From a virus (taxonomy: Duplodnaviria > Heunggongvirae > Uroviricota > Caudoviricetes): a DNA stretch of 28,635 nucleotides. A program made the position numbers and the translations under genes. The notes under the pieces were generated by a model, which made no database searches, was not told where the DNA came from, and was given only the letters and a program-made list of their open reading frames with translations. Below are positions 23,986-28,635 of the stretch, in pieces. Location of the stretch: positions 1-28,635 of the IMG/VR virus record IMGVR_UViG_3300037418_000775. One strand, 5' to 3'. Numbering within the stretch: the first letter of the stretch is position 1; the number at the start of each line of letters is the position of its first letter.

Positions 23986-25641
23986 ATGGCTAAGAACCTA
24001 GCGTCGGTGAAGATGTACTCTTCGCCCGCCGCCAAGCCCCGTGTTACCCCTCCGGCACCTGATTCTACCTACTTTTATACTGCGGGACGTATCCTCAGTT
24101 ACTTCCCTCAGATTAACCGTAACGGAATCACGTTCTTCCGTGAGGACTGCAAGGCCCTTGCGAATACTCTTCTCGCTTCGACGGCAGACATCCAACACGT
24201 CAAACCCGGCTACCCGGTCGCTGACCCTCTCAAGGTCACGCTGAAGAACACCATCTTCAGCGCCATCAGCGCCGTAGAGGAGCACGAGGAAGGCATTGAC
24301 ATTGTCTGCAAAGCCGAGCGCGAAGTCGCAAAGGCGATGGGCTTCACCGAAGAGGACTTCGGTCCCGGTGGTAAGTTTGGGTCGTACTCACAAGAGTGTG
24401 ACTACAATCCTGCGGAGTCCGCGTGGATCGTCGTTGACAAGAACGAGCCCACGAAGATTCTCAAAGAGGTCGCCTACGCGGACGGCCTCGCGATGGGCTT
24501 CAAGATATCTCACGTCGGTGCAGACGGAGACTGGAAGTATCATCTCGTAGACGGCAACCCCGTCTACGTCCGCATCAAGCCTCTGGCTTTCTCGGGAGTC
24601 GGTCACGTTATCACTCCCGCAGACGAATCGGCGGAGATTTATAAACTCGCCGCTTCGCTCGACAGTTGTCGGCAGTTAGCGGGTTTCTACCCGGGCATGG
24701 ATGACATTGGCCCGATCCCGCATGACATGGTTGCAGGAGCAGGCCCTTCGGCTGACCTCCAGCCCTTCGCGTTTGACTTCCTTGAGCATCCCGACCTGCG
24801 AACTGCATCTCTGGATAAGTTCTCTGATAAAGACCAGGAAGACGCCAAGGCGCCCGACGATCATTTTGCGGCTGTTTACTCAGATTTTGACTACGGCAAT
24901 ACCACGGACGGTAAGCCAACTTCTTCTAAGAAGCGCCTATTCCGCATCAAAGACGATAAAGGCAACCTCGACCGTAAACGGTTGGTGGTTGCGTATCATG
25001 GCCTCGCTGGCCTACGCGGCAACGTCCATCTCGCCCAGAATCTGCCTTCGGCAGTCCGTGCTCATGCCCTTGACCTGGTACGTCAGGGTCTCAAGCAAAC
25101 CAAACCCAAAACAAGTAAGGAGACTTCCTCACAAGTGGAACTCAATCAAGAAATTGAGGCTCTGAAGGCCAAAGAGAAAGAACTCTCGGGTGCCAAGGAT
25201 GCGGCTGAGAAAGAACTCGCCACTCTCAAGAGCCAGATCAAAGACCTTGAGGACGCGCAGGCAAAGGCGCTGTCCGCAAAGGACGAAGAGATCAAAGCCC
25301 TCAAGGACGAGGTCGCAGGCTACCAGGCCAAGGAATTGGCCGCTAAGCGCCTGAGCGAACTCGAAGCCGTCCTTCCGTATTCGGATGAAGAGAAGAAAGC
25401 CGAGTCGTTTGGTGAGTTCACCAAGTCGCTGGCTTCGCTCACCGATGACGGTATGAAGATTGCGATCCTGACGCGCCAACTGGAAGCGTCGAAGAAGACC
25501 GCAGTCGCAGCCAAAGAAGTATCGAGCGCAAATGGTGGCAAGGTAGTAACCGACCCCACGGGCGTGTTCGATGTTGCTAAGGCCGTCGCCTCAGTCGAAG
25601 GCGAAGACAAACCGAAAACCGCCGTCGGTTTTCTCATCTAA
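23986..25641 (+). CDS. Prohead protease-scaffold fusion
   Basis: N-terminal INRNG...IQH...SYSQEC...FSGVGHVITPAD protease pattern; C-terminal E/K/A coiled coil. Confidence 0.8.
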   Translation: MAKNLASVKMYSSPAAKPRVTPPAPDSTYFYTAGRILSYFPQINRNGITFFREDCKALANTLLASTADIQHVKPGYPVADPLKVTLKNTIFSAISAVEEHEEGIDIVCKAEREVAKAMGFTEEDFGPGGKFGSYSQECDYNPAESAWIVVDKNEPTKILKEVAYADGLAMGFKISHVGADGDWKYHLVDGNPVYVRIKPLAFSGVGHVITPADESAEIYKLAASLDSCRQLAGFYPGMDDIGPIPHDMVAGAGPSADLQPFAFDFLEHPDLRTASLDKFSDKDQEDAKAPDDHFAAVYSDFDYGNTTDGKPTSSKKRLFRIKDDKGNLDRKRLVVAYHGLAGLRGNVHLAQNLPSAVRAHALDLVRQGLKQTKPKTSKETSSQVELNQEIEALKAKEKELSGAKDAAEKELATLKSQIKDLEDAQAKALSAKDEEIKALKDEVAGYQAKELAAKRLSELEAVLPYSDEEKKAESFGEFTKSLASLTDDGMKIAILTRQLEASKKTAVAAKEVSSANGGKVVTDPTGVFDVAKAVASVEGEDKPKTAVGFLI

Positions 25642-25661
25642 TTAAGGAGCACTCACAGTAA

Positions 25662-26213
25662 ATGCTTTCTCCTCTCGCAGGATTTATTGAGCGCGAGATT
25701 CTCGGTATCTTCAAAGTCAACGCCGCGATGGCCTCTGGTATCGCCGTTGGTATTGATGCTACCGACACCACGCCGCTCAGCCCGTCGCCCTACGGCAACT
25801 CGTTCGGTAGCGTTGTCGCCGCGAGCCCGGTAGTGTCCGGCACCGCCGACACGGGAACGGGCGCGCTCACCGCTCTCAAACTTGGCCGCGAAATCGGCTA
25901 TCTGTTGCAGCCCGTGACCGCGACTGGCCCGTCCATCCTGTCGGTCCTGTCGCAAGTCTATGACGAGTCTATCGCGGAGGGTAACACCGCCGCCGTTCTG
26001 CTCGCCAAGGCTGGTGCGATGATCGCCACGGATCAGTTCCAGACCTCCGGTGCCCAGGCCATCAAGTTCGATGGCACGGTAGCACTCGGTACCGCGTGTT
26101 CTATCGTGAGCGGTGTGACCCAGGTTCAGACCGGGTTGCAAGCCACTCGCAGCATCTTCCTCGGAAAGATCGTTCAGCGTCGTCTGCCGCTGGGCGTCTT
26201 CCAGATCGTCTAA
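25662..26213 (+). CDS. Probable head decoration/cement protein
   Basis: 183 aa, G/A/T/S-rich, between scaffold and MCP. Confidence 0.6.
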   Translation: MLSPLAGFIEREILGIFKVNAAMASGIAVGIDATDTTPLSPSPYGNSFGSVVAASPVVSGTADTGTGALTALKLGREIGYLLQPVTATGPSILSVLSQVYDESIAEGNTAAVLLAKAGAMIATDQFQTSGAQAIKFDGTVALGTACSIVSGVTQVQTGLQATRSIFLGKIVQRRLPLGVFQIV

Positions 26214-26231
26214 GGAGCGAACTCACAACAA

Positions 26232-27428
26232 ATGAGTCTGATCAATGAATTTATGCGGGGCAACGGCCCGGAGGCTTCGCTTGATATTGCGAAGTTCCGG
26301 TCGTTCGCTGCCGCAGAACTCGCGAAGGTCCACGGTCGTTCGCCCGAGGAAGCCGCTAAGGCACTCTCCGAGCGCAACAAACTCGTTTCGTCCATCGCGG
26401 GCGTAACCCAACTCAACGCAGTTGAGGGCGACTATGAATACCTCAACGTCATGCGGGACCTCACGGCACTCGACTTCATGGAAGTCCGAGACCTGCCCAT
26501 CGGTACGATTCCGATCTACCGTACCCGCACGAAAAACCCGGTTGGCTTCCACCTCGGTGGTTTGGCTGGCGCGGGTGCAACGCACTACTACGCCACCAGC
26601 GACACGGTGACGAACATTCAGCCGTTCACGATCCAGACCGATGAGGTCATGGTTCCGAACCTGAACGTCATCTATGATATGGAGCGTCTGCAACAGCGCC
26701 GTGAAGGCCTGGAGTGGCTCGCCCGTGCGAAGACGCTGGCCATCGAAGTGGCGGCGTTCAATACCGTTCTTGGTGCGACGGACGTGGTCAACACCGACCC
26801 CGCCGCGCAGATTGCGACCTACGCCTCTGGCGGTGGTTCGTTCTCGGGCAAGAACGTGTACGTTCTGGACCCGGGTGTGCAGACCTCGTCTGTGCCCACG
26901 GTGAACTTCTACGACCTCAGCACCGAAGATGGTCTGACGAAGAAGGTCTTCCAGACGCTGAACACGCACTCGATGCAGATTCAGCGCAAACTCGTCAAGA
27001 TGTACGTTCCGGCAGGTGCGGCTTCTGGTCACAGCCCGGTTTGGGAAACGATCCAGAATATGTCCACCCCGGTCTCGCTCGTGACGGGTACGGGCGTCAA
27101 CACCGACCAACGTAAGGCGGTTCCGTCTGAAATGTGGTCGGAGTTCCAGAAGATGGACTTCCGTGGCTCTATCAAGATCAACTGGCTTGGTATTGACATC
27201 GAGATTGAACGTCTGAACTGGATGCCGAATGGCTACTGCTTCCTCACCACGGACCAGCCTGCGGCTATCATGTGGAAGCGCCTGTCGCTCGCCACGGGTA
27301 ACCAGGTTGAGGGCTCGCTGGAAGTGCCGGAGAACGCGTACTACAGCCGTCGCTCGGAAGCCGAGCAGATCGCTATGATTCGCCCGGACTTCTGCCTGCG
27401 TAACTTCGTCGTGCTGAAAGTTCAGTAA
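26232..27428 (+). CDS. Major capsid protein
   Basis: 398 aa; canonical position; strong SD; followed by a hairpin. Confidence 0.8.
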   Translation: MSLINEFMRGNGPEASLDIAKFRSFAAAELAKVHGRSPEEAAKALSERNKLVSSIAGVTQLNAVEGDYEYLNVMRDLTALDFMEVRDLPIGTIPIYRTRTKNPVGFHLGGLAGAGATHYYATSDTVTNIQPFTIQTDEVMVPNLNVIYDMERLQQRREGLEWLARAKTLAIEVAAFNTVLGATDVVNTDPAAQIATYASGGGSFSGKNVYVLDPGVQTSSVPTVNFYDLSTEDGLTKKVFQTLNTHSMQIQRKLVKMYVPAGAASGHSPVWETIQNMSTPVSLVTGTGVNTDQRKAVPSEMWSEFQKMDFRGSIKINWLGIDIEIERLNWMPNGYCFLTTDQPAAIMWKRLSLATGNQVEGSLEVPENAYYSRRSEAEQIAMIRPDFCLRNFVVLKVQ

Positions 27429-27450
27429 GACCTGGTAGCAAGAGACCAAT

Positions 27451-27480
27451 AGAGGGAGGCCTAACAGCCTCCCTCTTCTC
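27451..27480 (+). terminator. Stem-loop after MCP (terminator or stabiliser)
   Basis: AGAGGGAGGC-CTAACA-GCCTCCCTCT, perfect 10 bp; weak U tract. Confidence 0.6.
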
Positions 27481-27502
27481 AATATGAAAGGACAGATGTT
27501 CA

Positions 27503-27970
27503 ATGGCAAACGAAACGATTCTCAGTTTTAGATTTAAGCGTCCTGGTGGAATGGCTCTATCGGGCCTGGGACGGTTCAATCCCTCGATGACGACCAAGTA
27601 CAAACAGGTCCCGGGTGTGATTGGACGATTCCCGTATGTGGATTATGACTTCGATGAGGTCTTCGAAATCAAACTTCAGTCCGAGCGTCCGCGACCTCTT
27701 CCGGCGTTCCTGAAGTCGGCTGACTTCGATGACGAGATGCGTAGGGCGTATATTCTCAAACAGGTGGAAGGCGTACAGGCCGCCCACGACGCGAACAACT
27801 TGGTTCGCGATGAGATAGAGTACTATGCTTCGACGGGCCTCATTGAGAAAGTGGGAGACACGTTCCTCGACAACGTGGTTGATGAGGCGCTGGCTGCGGC
27901 TGCGCCGACCGTCGAAGACCCGGTAGCAAATAAGACGGCAGAGCCCGTCGTGGCTACCCGCAAGAAATAA
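27503..27970 (+). CDS. Hypothetical virion-module protein
   Basis: 155 aa directly after MCP. Confidence 0.7.
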   Translation: MANETILSFRFKRPGGMALSGLGRFNPSMTTKYKQVPGVIGRFPYVDYDFDEVFEIKLQSERPRPLPAFLKSADFDDEMRRAYILKQVEGVQAAHDANNLVRDEIEYYASTGLIEKVGDTFLDNVVDEALAAAAPTVEDPVANKTAEPVVATRKK

Positions 27971-27986
27971 CTAAAGGAGTAGCCGC

Positions 27987-28635
27987 ATGGCCAATATCTT
28001 CTCGCATCCTCAGTATGTGCCGTCTGGAAATTGGACCGTGGTCGGTTACAACCTCTATAAGTCCGCCGCTGTCTCTGGGGCACCGAACTACTTCGGGCCC
28101 TGGAGCGCGGTGTCGGGCTATTCGAACTACACGAGCAACCTGGATATCTTTGACCCGACCGGGTCCTATTGGGACCTCTATCGGGTAGAGCCGATTGTCA
28201 GCATTAACGGCCAGACGGCTACCATGCCAATGTCCCGCCCGTTCAAGGCTTCTGACCCGCTCTACGATGTCCAGATAAGCGCGCTGCTCGACCATTTCCG
28301 CACGAATCTGATAGACGACGTGCCTATTCCGCAGATGGAGACCACGGACCCCACCGAGGGTACAGGCGCGGCCATCATGCCGTTCATCACGAACGCCTCC
28401 GCCGATAGGTTCAATCTGTCATTCATGCCGAACGCTAACCCCGTCAAGATCGTAGGGGAAGACCTGCTTGTGTGGCAGGGTAGCGACAAGGGTCATGCTG
28501 CGCCGTTGTCTGCCTACTCGGACTTCTATGCTGATGACGCGGGTGGGTTTGTGCAGTTCAAGACGGCCCCCTCGACCAACGACTACCTCAAAGTTCAGTA
28601 CAAGATGGTCAAGTACACGAACGATGAGTGCCGTA
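27987..28635 (+). CDS. Probable head-tail adaptor/structural protein, truncated; not in ORF track
   Basis: SD AAGGAG; open to window end: MANIFSHPQYVPSGNWTVVGYNLYKS...KYTNDECR. Confidence 0.7.
   Translation, partial: MANIFSHPQYVPSGNWTVVGYNLYKSAAVSGAPNYFGPWSAVSGYSNYTSNLDIFDPTGSYWDLYRVEPIVSINGQTATMPMSRPFKASDPLYDVQISALLDHFRTNLIDDVPIPQMETTDPTEGTGAAIMPFITNASADRFNLSFMPNANPVKIVGEDLLVWQGSDKGHAAPLSAYSDFYADDAGGFVQFKTAPSTNDYLKVQYKMVKYTNDECR

Noticed and set aside
13217-27437. GACCTGGTA as a late-promoter motif (13217, before the protease gene, after MCP)
   Set aside because: It also occurs inside genes as Asp-Leu-Val codons; no consistent spacing to starts.
26223-27509. 428-aa minus-strand ORF and other long antisense ORFs (e.g. 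5589..6386, 2332..2997, 16297..17010)
   Set aside because: Shadows of real genes on the opposite strand, typical of GC-rich codon bias; no SD or domain signal.
1-28635. CRISPR array, integrase, transposase, reverse transcriptase/DGR
   Set aside because: No regularly spaced repeat-spacer units and no recognisable catalytic motifs seen.

Overview
A 28.6-kb piece of a tailed dsDNA phage (Caudoviricetes-type) genome; no integrase, tail or replication genes lie in this window. Two arms diverge from a ~750-bp non-coding region (12752-13497). The leftward arm (minus strand, 12751 to 1) holds tightly coupled small early/accessory genes. These include a MoxR/CbbQ-type AAA+ ATPase with a HExxH+vWA partner, a stand-alone WGR protein, a protein carrying a ribosomal L7/L12 C-terminal-like domain, and many Zn-finger proteins. 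The rightward arm (plus strand) starts with small unknown genes and a tRNA-like element, then runs into the head module: probable TerS, TerL, portal, protease/scaffold, decoration protein, major capsid protein and a truncated probable adaptor. Main observations: (1) three otherwise unrelated leftward proteins share an N-terminal peptide tag, NExNFVGGx[MV][SA]G[LV], encoded by different synonymous codons, and sit in the same arm as the AAA+/HExxH-vWA pair, which may be a tagging/processing system; (2) four sigma70-like, apparently leaderless promoters each contain the same palindrome CTACC-N6-GGTAG over the -10 box; (3) three ORF-poor, hairpin-dense islands look like structured ncRNAs. All family assignments come from motif recognition by eye, not database searches.
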